The position numbers and the translations under genes are program-made. A DNA stretch of 64,000 nucleotides from Chloroflexota bacterium (GTDB lineage: Bacteria; Chloroflexota; Limnocylindria; Limnocylindrales; CSP1-4), in assembly GCA_021802825.1 (NCBI GenBank), contig JAJZRG010000009.1, forward strand, positions 10,010-74,009, given 5' to 3'. The notes beneath the pieces were generated by a model. It did no database searches. It saw nothing but the letters and a program-made list of their open reading frames with translations, and was not told the DNA's origin. Positions 51,358 to 60,103 of the stretch are shown piece by piece (the first letter of the stretch is position 1; each line of letters starts with the position of its first letter).

Positions 51358-53892
51358 GTGACCAGCCGTGTGTTTGAGGCCGGAGGCCTCCTGCGAGCGA
51401 GCAGCAGCGGAGGGCTCGAGGCATACCTGAAGCGCCAGAGCGGCATTGCGGAGGCGGAGGCGAACCCCGTCTCGCAGACGGTGACCGTCCGCTACGACGA
51501 ATCGATCCTGGAGGCCGACGATGTCCGGGCGCTGATCGAACGCTTCGGATGCTCGTGCGGTGGCGAGGTCGTCCCGTGCCACATCTGCCGCAATGAGCAG
51601 CCCGCGGTCATCGGAAGCGCCGTGCCTCGCGGCGCGACGCAGGTGCCGGCGGCGGGGCACGCGGGCCACGTGATGCCGACGTCGGTCGCTCCAGCACCGC
51701 CGCTCGATCGAGCAGTTGGGCACGACGGTCACGACATGATGGTCGCGCCCGCCGTCGAGCAGGCGGCTCACGCGATGGCGGTCCCGGCCGCCACCGAGCA
51801 CGCCGGTCACGCGATGCAGGTGCCAGGAGCCGCCGCACCGGCCCGGGGCGAGATGGCGCAGATGGCCCACGCGATGGGTCACGGCGGCGGGATGTCAATG
51901 GACGACATGGTGCGCGACATGCGGAAGCGGTTCCTCGTCGCGCTCGTCCTCGCGATCCCCATCTTCCTCTACTCGCCACTGGCGACCGAGGTCTTCGGCA
52001 TCCGACTCGCGACGCCATTCGGCATCGATCCGAACGTTCTGATGTTCCTCCTCGCGACGCCCGCCGTCGCCTGGAGCGGCCAGATCTTCTTCGTGGGGGC
52101 CTGGCGGGCGCTGCGCAACCGGACGCTCGACATGTCCGTCCTCGTCGCCCTCTCGGTCGGCAGCGGCTACCTGTTCAGCGTGGCCGCCACGTTCCTGTTC
52201 GCAGGCGAGGTGTTCTACGAGGCCTCGGTCGTGCTGCTGGCCTTCGTCCTGTTCGGCCACTGGCTCGAGATGCGGGCGCGGGCCGGCGCGTCCGATGCGA
52301 TCCGGGCCCTGCTCGACCTCGCGCCGCCCAAGGCGACCGTCATCCGGAACGGCGAGCCAGTCGAGGTCCCAACCGCCGAAGTCGTCCTCGACGACACAGT
52401 GTTGATCCGCCCCGGCGACAAGGTTCCCGTCGATGGCATCGTCCTCGAGGGTGCCTCGGCCGTCGACGAGTCGATGATCACCGGCGAGAGCGTCCCAGTC
52501 GAGAAGACGGTCGGCTCCAATGTGATCGGGGCGACGATCAACAAGACCGGCACCTTCCGGTTCCGGGCGACCAAGGTCGGCTCCGACACGGCCCTCGCCC
52601 AGATCGTCAAGCTCGTCCAGCTGGCCCAGAACTCCAAGGCACCTGCCCAGCGCCTGGCCGATCGGGCCGCGCAATGGCTCGTGGCCGCGGCTGTCGCCTT
52701 CGGCCTTCTGACCTTCGCCGGCTGGTACTGGCTCGGCGGCGCGACGTTCGTCTTCGCCCTGACCCTCGCGATCACGGTCGTCATCATCGCCTGCCCGGAT
52801 GCGCTGGGCCTGGCGACCCCGACCGCGATCATGGTCGGGACCGGCCTCGGCGCCCTCAACGGGATCCTGTTCAAGAACGCGACCGCGCTTGAGCAGGCGT
52901 CGAAGGTCGGCGCGGTGATCTTCGACAAGACGGGCACGCTCACGGTTGGCCAGCCAAGGGTTGTCGACGTCGTGGCCAGCTCCAGCCGGGTCATCGAGGA
53001 AGAGCTTCTCCGGCTCGCCGCGTCCGCCGAGGCGTCCAGCGAGCATCCGCTCGCGTCGGCCGTCGTCGACGCCGCGAAGGAGCGCGGGCTCGCCGTCGTC
53101 GATGCGCGCGACTTCAACGCCGTCCCTGGCCATGGGCTCGAGGCGAAGGTCGACGGCCGAGTCGTGGTTGTCGGGAACACCAAGCTGATGCGCGACCGCG
53201 CGATCGACTTCGGAGAACTCGGGGCCCGGGCGGATGAACTCGAGGGCGCCGGGCGCACGGTGGTCCGGGTCGCCGTCGACGGTGTGGCCGCCGGACTCGT
53301 CGCGATCGCCGACTCGCTGCGGCCCACCGCGAAGGAGACGATCGAGCGTCTCCACAACCTCGGCATTCAGGTCGCGATGCTGACCGGCGACAACCGGGCC
53401 ACCGCCGATCGGATCGCCGCGGAGCTCGGGCTCGACACGGTCTTCGCCGAGGTCCTGCCCGGCCAGAAGGCCGACAAGGTCAAGGAGCTGCAGAGGGCTG
53501 GGAAGCTCGTGGCGATGGTCGGCGACGGCATCAACGACGCGCCTGCGCTCGCCCAGGCGGACGTCGGCATCGCGATCGGCGCCGGGACCGACGTCGCCGT
53601 CGAGACCGCCGACGTCGTGCTCATGAAGAGCGACCCGGTCGACGTCCTGGGTGCGATCGCGCTGTCCCGCGCGACGGTCCGGAAGATGCGCCAGAACCTG
53701 TGGTGGGCCGTCGGCTACAACACGATCGCCTTTCCCATCGCTGCCGGGCTCTTCTATCCGTCGCTCGGCCTGCTCCTGCGGCCCGAGATCGCGGCGATCA
53801 GCATGGCCGGCAGCTCGTTCCTCGTCGCGGTCAACGCGCTGCTCCTCAAGCGCACGAGGCTCGAAGGGATCCGCCGCTATGGCAAGCAGTGA
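51358..53892 (+). CDS. P1B-type heavy-metal ATPase with Cys-less HMA, His/Met-rich linker and CPD transmembrane motif
   Basis: ORF from 51277, but third-position GC is low until GTG 51346/51358 (GGAG SD before 51358). [25 protein letters not shown]....P and MAGSS motifs. TM4 reads IIACPDALG (codons tgc ccg gat). N-terminal [22 protein letters not shown] is HMA-like without CxxC. Confidence 0.9.
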   Translation: MTSRVFEAGGLLRASSSGGLEAYLKRQSGIAEAEANPVSQTVTVRYDESILEADDVRALIERFGCSCGGEVVPCHICRNEQPAVIGSAVPRGATQVPAAGHAGHVMPTSVAPAPPLDRAVGHDGHDMMVAPAVEQAAHAMAVPAATEHAGHAMQVPGAAAPARGEMAQMAHAMGHGGGMSMDDMVRDMRKRFLVALVLAIPIFLYSPLATEVFGIRLATPFGIDPNVLMFLLATPAVAWSGQIFFVGAWRALRNRTLDMSVLVALSVGSGYLFSVAATFLFAGEVFYEASVVLLAFVLFGHWLEMRARAGASDAIRALLDLAPPKATVIRNGEPVEVPTAEVVLDDTVLIRPGDKVPVDGIVLEGASAVDESMITGESVPVEKTVGSNVIGATINKTGTFRFRATKVGSDTALAQIVKLVQLAQNSKAPAQRLADRAAQWLVAAAVAFGLLTFAGWYWLGGATFVFALTLAITVVIIACPDALGLATPTAIMVGTGLGALNGILFKNATALEQASKVGAVIFDKTGTLTVGQPRVVDVVASSSRVIEEELLRLAASAEASSEHPLASAVVDAAKERGLAVVDARDFNAVPGHGLEAKVDGRVVVVGNTKLMRDRAIDFGELGARADELEGAGRTVVRVAVDGVAAGLVAIADSLRPTAKETIERLHNLGIQVAMLTGDNRATADRIAAELGLDTVFAEVLPGQKADKVKELQRAGKLVAMVGDGINDAPALAQADVGIAIGAGTDVAVETADVVLMKSDPVDVLGAIALSRATVRKMRQNLWWAVGYNTIAFPIAAGLFYPSLGLLLRPEIAAISMAGSSFLVAVNALLLKRTRLEGIRRYGKQ

Positions 53893-55210
53893 CACGATCG
53901 AACCCGCCCCGGTTCCGGTCCGCCGCCGGAAAGCCAGGCTCGCGGCTGCCCGCGCGGTCGTCGCCATCCTCGGTCAAGCGCTCCCTTCCGACGGGCAGCT
54001 CGAGCTGGTCCTGGCGGAGGACGCGCCGGTGCTGCGGACCGCGCTCGTGCGCGTCGTCGTCAACGGCCCCGATGCACTCGCCCGCCTCGTCTGGCCGCCT
54101 TCACCGGACGCCTTCGGCGAGGCGTATCTGCGGGGCGACATCGACATCGAGGGCGACATCTGGACGGCGATCGCGGCCGGGCGCTCGCTCGACCTGCGGC
54201 GTCTCACGCGCTCGCTCCCCCGTCTCGCCCGCCTGACCCTCCAGCTCCGAAGCGGAGCGGGTCCGGCGCCCACCCTCCGACGCCGAGCGCGTCTCGACGG
54301 ACGCCGGCATTCTCGGGCGCGGGACATGGCCGCCGTCCGCTTCCACTACGACGTCGGCAACGAGTTCTACGCCCTGTGGCTCGACGAGCGGCTCGCATAC
54401 TCGTGCGCCTACTTCGAGACGCCTGAGACCACGCTCGACGCCGCGCAGGAGGCGAAGCTCGACCTCATCTGTCGCAAGCTGCGACTGCAGCCGGGCATGC
54501 GCCTGCTCGACATCGGCTGCGGGTGGGGCTCGCTCGTCGCGTTCGCGGCGGAGCGGTACGGCGTCGACGCGTCCGGGGTGACCCTGAGCCAGGCCCAGGC
54601 GAACTGGGCCGGCGAGGACCTCCGGCGGCGCGGGCTGGACGGACGGGCGCGCATCCTCGTCCGCGATTACCGCGACCTCGACGGCCTCGGGCCGTTCGAC
54701 GCCGTCGCCTCGGTCGGGATGTTCGAGCATGTCGGCCGCGAGCACTTGGCCGACTACTTCGGCGCCGCCCTCCGGTCGCTCCGGCCGGGCGGCCTGTTCG
54801 TCAACCACGGCATCGCCACGACCGAGACCGGCGGGGCCCTTCGGCCTCGCTGGCTGCGCTTCGGCGATGGCGGCTTCGTCGGCCGCTACGTCTTCCCCGA
54901 CGGCGAGCTCGTGACGGTCGAAGAGGCGATCGCCGTCGCCCGCCGGGCCGGGTTCGAGCTCCTGGGCGTGCAGCGCCTGCGGCCCCACTACGCGCTGACG
55001 CTCAAGGCCTGGGTCGGTCGGCTCGAGGCAAACGCCGACCGGGCCCGCGAACTGGTGGGCGAGGAGGTCTTCCGGACCTGGCGACTCTACATGGCCGCGG
55101 CCCGGACGGGCTTCGAGGACGGCTCGCTCGACGTCGCCCAGCTCCTCCTTGCCCGGCCTGACCATCGCGGCCCGGCTCAGCTTCCCCTGAGACCGTGGTG
55201 GCCGGGCTGA
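53879..55210 (+). CDS. Cyclopropane-fatty-acyl-phospholipid synthase-family SAM methyltransferase
   Basis: ATG 53879 (MASSDTIEP) overlaps the ATPase end by 14 nt. [43 protein letters not shown]. Confidence 0.85.
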   Translation: MASSDTIEPAPVPVRRRKARLAAARAVVAILGQALPSDGQLELVLAEDAPVLRTALVRVVVNGPDALARLVWPPSPDAFGEAYLRGDIDIEGDIWTAIAAGRSLDLRRLTRSLPRLARLTLQLRSGAGPAPTLRRRARLDGRRHSRARDMAAVRFHYDVGNEFYALWLDERLAYSCAYFETPETTLDAAQEAKLDLICRKLRLQPGMRLLDIGCGWGSLVAFAAERYGVDASGVTLSQAQANWAGEDLRRRGLDGRARILVRDYRDLDGLGPFDAVASVGMFEHVGREHLADYFGAALRSLRPGGLFVNHGIATTETGGALRPRWLRFGDGGFVGRYVFPDGELVTVEEAIAVARRAGFELLGVQRLRPHYALTLKAWVGRLEANADRARELVGEEVFRTWRLYMAAARTGFEDGSLDVAQLLLARPDHRGPAQLPLRPWWPG

Positions 55211-55926
55211 CACCCAGGGACAGGCCTGGCTTCACGCCGACGGCCGTCGCTGTCGTCGCGTTCGGCGTCGCCTTCGGCTACGTCGAGGCGGCCGTGGTCG
55301 TCTACCTCCGCGCCGCCCTCGAGCTCGCTCCCGGGGCGGTCATGGCACAGAGTGTCGGCAGCTTCGGGACGTTCGAGGCCGTCGAGATCGCGCGCGAGCT
55401 GGCGACGCTGGCCATGATCGCGGCCGTCGGCACGCTCGCCGGGCGGACCCGGCTCGAGCGCCTCGCCTGGGCGGCGGTCGTCTTCGGCGCATGGGACATC
55501 GTCTACTACGTCGGCCTGCGCCTGGCCATCGGCTGGCCGCTGACCTTGGACTCGTGGGACGTCCTGTTCCTGGTCCCGACCCGCTGGGTCGGTCCCGTGT
55601 GGGCGCCGCTCGTCGTCACCGCGGCGCTCGTCGGGGCCGGGCTCGCGGCAGCCCGGCGCCTGCGGGCCGGGAGCCAGATTGCCGTGGGGCCTGTCCGGGC
55701 GACCGGCGCCCTCGCGGGCGGCCTCCTCGTCATCCTGAGCTTCCTGCTTCCCAACCAGGGCGGCTCGGGGCAATGGACCGCCTGGCCGGTCTTCTGGGTG
55801 GGCATGGCGCTCGCGGTTGTCGCAACGACGAGCGCGCTCACCGCTCGGCCGGGTGTTCCTTCGGATGGGGGCATGCCCTCCCAGCACGGATCCGGGCGCC
55901 GGCCGCTGGCCGGCTCCCCGGACTGA
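55195..55926 (+). CDS. Hypothetical polytopic membrane protein
   Basis: GTG 55195 overlaps the cfa-like end. 243 aa, 6-7 TM helices. No recognised motif. Confidence 0.45.
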   Translation: MVAGLTPRDRPGFTPTAVAVVAFGVAFGYVEAAVVVYLRAALELAPGAVMAQSVGSFGTFEAVEIARELATLAMIAAVGTLAGRTRLERLAWAAVVFGAWDIVYYVGLRLAIGWPLTLDSWDVLFLVPTRWVGPVWAPLVVTAALVGAGLAAARRLRAGSQIAVGPVRATGALAGGLLVILSFLLPNQGGSGQWTAWPVFWVGMALAVVATTSALTARPGVPSDGGMPSQHGSGRRPLAGSPD

Positions 55927-56089
55927 TCTCAATCCACCCGGCAAGGAGGTTGTCGACACGGCCTGGCGTCGGAGCGCCCGCATCCGTCCGATCGCGATCG
56001 CGATGACCGGGGTCATAACCGCGGTCGCGGTGGGCGTCATCACAGGGCGACAGGCGGCCCGGCTGTCCGCCTACGCCACGGTACGCCAG

Positions 56090-57025
56090 TCAGCCTCGGC
56101 CCGTGAACTCGACCGCGGGGCTCGCCTCGCGGCGAAGTGAGAGGAGCCCGATCCCGGCAAGCATGGCCGCGATCCCGGCATATTCGATTGGCTGCGGACG
56201 GTCGCCGGTCAGGATCCCGGACACGACGCCGACCACGGGAACCAGAAAGAGCGCGGCCCCCAGGCCTACCAGCGAGACCTGCTTCAGCAGCCAGAACCAG
56301 ACAACATAGGCGACACCCGTTCCGAGGACACCGAGGACGAGCAGCCCGAGAAGGGTCGCTGGCGACCAGTCCAGACTCGCCCATGGTTCGAGCAGCGCAC
56401 TGACCCCGAGGAGGATCGCGCCACCGAGCAGGAACTGGACGCTCGTCGTCAGGAGCAGGTCGACGCTCGACCCGAGCCGGCGCATGAGGAGCGTTCCGCC
56501 GGCTGGCGCTGCCGTCGCGAGCAGGGCCAGGGCTACGCCGTCCGGACTCGTGGCGCCTGAGCTCGTCGTTGCGACCATGACGACGCCCGCCATCGCGATG
56601 GCCAGGCCCGTCGCCGAGCGCCCCGAGATTCGTTCCCCGAAGAAGGCCCAGCCCGCTGCCGCGAGGACGACCGGTTGGCCTCCGGCCAGGATCGACGCGA
56701 CCGCTGCCTCCGCCCGCCCGGCCGCAAGGTACATCGCGCCGAACGCCACGGTGGCGTTCGCCAGGGCCAGGGGGATCACCAGACGCGTTGAAGGCAGACC
56801 CGATCTCCAGGGCCTCCAACCGAACGACCCTATCCCCGATCGTCTGGCTCGCTCGGGCCGCCGGGTGAGGAGGGCCCAGGAAGCGAGAACCGCGCCACCG
56901 ATCAGTGCCCGCAGCCCCGCCAGCAACAGAGGAGCCGGGGCCGGCAGTGACGCCTGGATGATCACGAAGCACAGCCCCCAGATGGCCGCCACGAACGCGG
57001 CCAGTCCTGCCGATCGAGCGGTCAT
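56090..57025 (-). CDS. EamA/DMT-family transporter
   Basis: ORF 56090..57115, ATG 57025 (MTARSAGLAAF), ATGA overlap with the YHS-EAL stop. 10 TM helices, duplicated EamA-like halves. Confidence 0.75.
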   Translation of the reverse strand: MTARSAGLAAFVAAIWGLCFVIIQASLPAPAPLLLAGLRALIGGAVLASWALLTRRPERARRSGIGSFGWRPWRSGLPSTRLVIPLALANATVAFGAMYLAAGRAEAAVASILAGGQPVVLAAAGWAFFGERISGRSATGLAIAMAGVVMVATTSSGATSPDGVALALLATAAPAGGTLLMRRLGSSVDLLLTTSVQFLLGGAILLGVSALLEPWASLDWSPATLLGLLVLGVLGTGVAYVVWFWLLKQVSLVGLGAALFLVPVVGVVSGILTGDRPQPIEYAGIAAMLAGIGLLSLRREASPAVEFTGRG

Positions 57026-58014
57026 TCCCTCGGGGCTCGCGGGGGCCGCTCTCCATTGAGGCCGAATGACCGGGCGCGGACGCGGTCGATGCCAGGGGCG
57101 GTGGCCAATGGCCATGGTCGACCGGGACGACCGACGGCATGCCCCTGGACGAGCATGTCCCGGCCGGCCCGAATCAGCAGATCCAGGTCGTCGAGGCGTT
57201 CGACGCCCTCGGCCACGAGCTGGGCACCGATCTCACCGACGAACGTCGCCATCGCCCGGACGAGCGCCTGGCGGGCATTGTCCCCGGTGAGGCCGCGGAT
57301 GATGCGCGCGTCGAGCTTGACGAAGTCCGGCGCAAGCTCCGTGATGTGGCGCATTGACGCGTACCCAGCGCCAGCGTCGTCGATCGCGATCCGGAAGCCT
57401 CGCGTTCGGTAAGGCTCGACCGCGGCGCGCAGGGCCTCGTAGTCAGCGACCTCGTCGCGTTCCGTCAGCTCCAGAACGAGCCGACGTGGCGTCACCGGAG
57501 TGGCAGCGAGCACAGCGGCGATCCTGGGATCCGCAAGCAGCAGCGGGCTCACGTTGAGCGACATGAAAGCGTCCGCCTCCGGAAGCCGACGCCCCGCGAC
57601 CTCGAGCTCCGTCGCGAGCGCGAGCGCCTCGAGCTCCGGCGCCAGGCCCGCCCGGGCTGCGAGCTGGAACCAGGCCTCCGGAGATTGGAGCGGGATGGGC
57701 GCGAACCTCGCCAGCGCCTCGTACCCGACGACCGCGCGGGTCTCGAGTGACACGATCGGCTGAAACGCGGGTCGGAGCAAATCCGGTCCGTCGAGCACGC
57801 GGCGGACGAGCTCCTCCGCCCGAGCCTCCTCATGCTGGGGGCCGCCGCCGAGGAACTCGTCGCGGTAGCCGCGCGAACAGAAGAAACGGAGCCGACCCTC
57901 GTCCTCAAGCGTGACCGAGCGCTCTCGATCGACTGCCATCCCGCAGACGGGATCGATGGCGATTGCTTCACCCTTGAAGGGCGATGGCTCGGTGGCTGGA
58001 GGAGGAGTCTTCAT
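57022..58014 (-). CDS. YHS-domain / EAL-domain fusion protein (putative metal-responsive c-di-GMP phosphodiesterase)
   Basis: ORF 57022..58260, ATG 58014 (MKTPPPATEP). N-terminus IDPVCGMAVDRERSVTLEDEGRLRFFCSRGY (YHS). EAL motifs then follow: GYEALARF, SLNVSP, LELTE, IDDAGAGYAS, VKLD, AEGVE, VQGHAVGRP. Confidence 0.8.
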   Translation of the reverse strand: MKTPPPATEPSPFKGEAIAIDPVCGMAVDRERSVTLEDEGRLRFFCSRGYRDEFLGGGPQHEEARAEELVRRVLDGPDLLRPAFQPIVSLETRAVVGYEALARFAPIPLQSPEAWFQLAARAGLAPELEALALATELEVAGRRLPEADAFMSLNVSPLLLADPRIAAVLAATPVTPRRLVLELTERDEVADYEALRAAVEPYRTRGFRIAIDDAGAGYASMRHITELAPDFVKLDARIIRGLTGDNARQALVRAMATFVGEIGAQLVAEGVERLDDLDLLIRAGRDMLVQGHAVGRPGRPWPLATAPGIDRVRARSFGLNGERPPRAPRE

Positions 58015-58064
58015 CGAGGCGCCTGAGGAGAACGGGTGACTGGATCCACGATCGGCCGACCGCC

Positions 58065-58090
58065 TGAGATGCACCTGAACGCCCCATGAG
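58065..58090 (-). promoter_or_regulatory. Phased YTCA-N7 array (x3) upstream of the YHS-EAL / EamA operon
   Basis: Top-strand TGAG 58065, TGAA 58076, TGAG 58087. Lies 51-76 nt upstream of ATG 58014. Confidence 0.5.
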
Positions 58091-58265
58091 GACGGGCCAA
58101 CGCCCAGGCCGGTGGTTGGCGGCGCCGTCCCGGTCGGCGCGGGACCGGCCCATGCCGATGAACGACAGGCTGTGTAGTATAGGCACGCACGGCCCGTCGC
58201 TCTTGTTCTCGGCGGGCCGCCGAATTCTGAAGCCCGCCCACCAGCCCCGGATGGAGGCACTTACC

Positions 58266-58472
58266 ATGATCCGATTTCTTCGGTTGAGCTCCGTCGTACT
58301 GACTATTGTCGTTTCGCTCGTCGTTCCGGCAGCCGTCGCAGCATCGGATTCCGGGGCCTCGTACGGCGCCTGCGTGTCGATGCATGCGACGACGATGGGC
58401 GGCTTCAGCGGCGATCACAACCCCGGTATGCACCAGGGCTTCTCAAACTGGCCGGGCTGCACTGGTGCCTAA
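58266..58472 (+). CDS. Small secreted Met/His-rich protein (68 aa)
   Basis: ATG 58266 with a GGAGG SD 8 nt upstream. Signal peptide MIRFLRLSSVVLTIVVSLVVPAAVAA. Mature part SDSGASYGACVSMHATTMGGFSGDHNPGMHQGFSNWPGCTGA. Confidence 0.5.
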   Translation: MIRFLRLSSVVLTIVVSLVVPAAVAASDSGASYGACVSMHATTMGGFSGDHNPGMHQGFSNWPGCTGA

Positions 58473-58527
58473 CGCGATCTTCGGCGCGGCGATCCGCTGA
58501 CCATGCTCGCACCCGAGACGGTCGACG

Positions 58528-59703
58528 GTGTCCTCCCGACAGACTAGAGGCTCCCGGCGGGGTCGTGGTCGAACGGGGAGTCAGGTCGGGACCAAGCCGC
58601 ACGCACCGATCCTGCCCGCGGCCTCGGCCGCGGACGGAGACGGTGCCCCCCAAGCTGGCGTCGACCCGGATCCGGAACCGGCCGCCATCGTCGTCTCGTA
58701 CTGCTTCGAGGCCGGGCCGGCAGACGGCCCTCGGTACGACGCGACAATCCGTATCACGGGTCAGCGCCGAGGCGTCGATCCAAGGCGATCCGGCATCGGC
58801 GACAGTTTCGTTCGGTCTGAGATGGTCACCGGCGTGGCTCCCGGTTCCGGGCGCGTCTCCGTGACCAGTTGGGTCTACGGGATCGCTCCGGGCGACTGGG
58901 ACGTCAGCGCGGAGCTCGTTGGGCCCGAGCGCGCCCGCCAGGCGAACGCCGGCGGGCGACTGCCGCGCGCACGTTGGTCGTGGCGGCGCTGGGCGGTGGA
59001 ACCGGGGCCTGAGACCCCTGTCCCGACGCGGTGGGCGCTCGTCGCACCACTGGCGGCCAGTCCTGGCGTCGTGCCGGGCAGCTTCACCGTCCTCGCGGCG
59101 GTGGCGCTGGCGACGGCGGTTGGGCTGCAGCCAGCGTTCCTGGCGCATCACGGCATTGACGTCGGGCGCGCCCTCCTGGCCTCGCTCGCCGGTGTTGCCC
59201 TGGGGCTGATCGGGGCGAAGGCGTGGTACGTGGCCCTGAAGGGCCTCAGCCGACAGAACTTGCGTGAGGGCTGGTCGGTTGACGGCTTCCTGGTCACGGC
59301 GCCCCTGGCTGCATCGGCCATCGCCCTGTTGATTGGCGAGCCGCTTGGCGCGTTCCTGGACGCCGTGGCACCGGGTCTGTTCGTCGCGGTTGCGATCGGC
59401 AGGATCGGCTGCTTCCTGACCGGCTGCTGCGCTGGGCGAACGACATGTGGCCTGGGCATCTGGTCGTCGGACCGGCGCGTGGGGGCTCGCCGGATCCCGA
59501 CACAACTGATGGAGTCCGTGGTCGGGGCCGGCCTCGCGACCGCTGCTGGGGTAGTCGTGGCTGCTCACGTGGCGTTCGGAATGGGCCTTGTGTTCGTGAC
59601 GACGGTTCTGCTGTACGCCATGGCGCGCCAAGGGCTCCTACGCCTGCGCGCGGAGTCACGGCCGTTCTCTTGGAAACGCGCTGCGTCAGCTGCCCGACCG
59701 TGA
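58528..59703 (+). CDS. Lgt-family membrane protein with about 170-aa N-terminal extension (copy 2)
   Basis: 391 aa, colinear with 10257..11450 over its full length (for example IVVSYCFEAGPADGPRYDATIRITGQRRG vs LVVSHRFDPGPGGAPPYTATIRLTGRRRG). Also GRIGCFLTGCCAGRTTCGLGIWSSDRRVGARRIPTQLMES. Confidence 0.7.
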   Translation: MSSRQTRGSRRGRGRTGSQVGTKPHAPILPAASAADGDGAPQAGVDPDPEPAAIVVSYCFEAGPADGPRYDATIRITGQRRGVDPRRSGIGDSFVRSEMVTGVAPGSGRVSVTSWVYGIAPGDWDVSAELVGPERARQANAGGRLPRARWSWRRWAVEPGPETPVPTRWALVAPLAASPGVVPGSFTVLAAVALATAVGLQPAFLAHHGIDVGRALLASLAGVALGLIGAKAWYVALKGLSRQNLREGWSVDGFLVTAPLAASAIALLIGEPLGAFLDAVAPGLFVAVAIGRIGCFLTGCCAGRTTCGLGIWSSDRRVGARRIPTQLMESVVGAGLATAAGVVVAAHVAFGMGLVFVTTVLLYAMARQGLLRLRAESRPFSWKRAASAARP

Positions 59704-59791
59704 GGAGCGACACGGACGGTGTCACTCCAAGGCCTTGACGCGGATGGAGCCGGCGCGAGGCCGACACGCCGGCCGATCCGGCGACCACGAC

Positions 59792-60103
59792 TCAGTGGCA
59801 GCCCCCGCGATGCCCTGTCGACTGGTCGGTTGCGGGGGTCGCCTGGTCGGCTTCGGCGCCGGTCGCCTGGCTCTCGGACGCCACGTCCTCACCCCCGTGG
59901 GCCTGGTGGCCGCCGTGGCCACCGTGACCGAACAGGTGCATGCCGATCATGCCCCCGAAGAGCCCAATCGACAGCAGTGTCGACGGCGTCACGATGCCGA
60001 GGTACAGGAGGGCGGCTGCGATCGCGGCTACGGCGAGCGCCGGGTACATCCAGCGTGGGCGGTTCGCGGCGCGCTGGCCCGTGTGATCTGCGTGCGTGAT
60101 CAT
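59792..60103 (-). CDS. Small His-rich membrane protein (DUF2933-like)
   Basis: ATG 60103 (MITHADHTGQ), ATGA overlap with the lgt stop. Two TM helices, then GMIGMHLFGHGGHGGHQAHGG and C-terminal HRGGCH. Confidence 0.6.
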   Translation of the reverse strand: MITHADHTGQRAANRPRWMYPALAVAAIAAALLYLGIVTPSTLLSIGLFGGMIGMHLFGHGGHGGHQAHGGEDVASESQATGAEADQATPATDQSTGHRGGCH

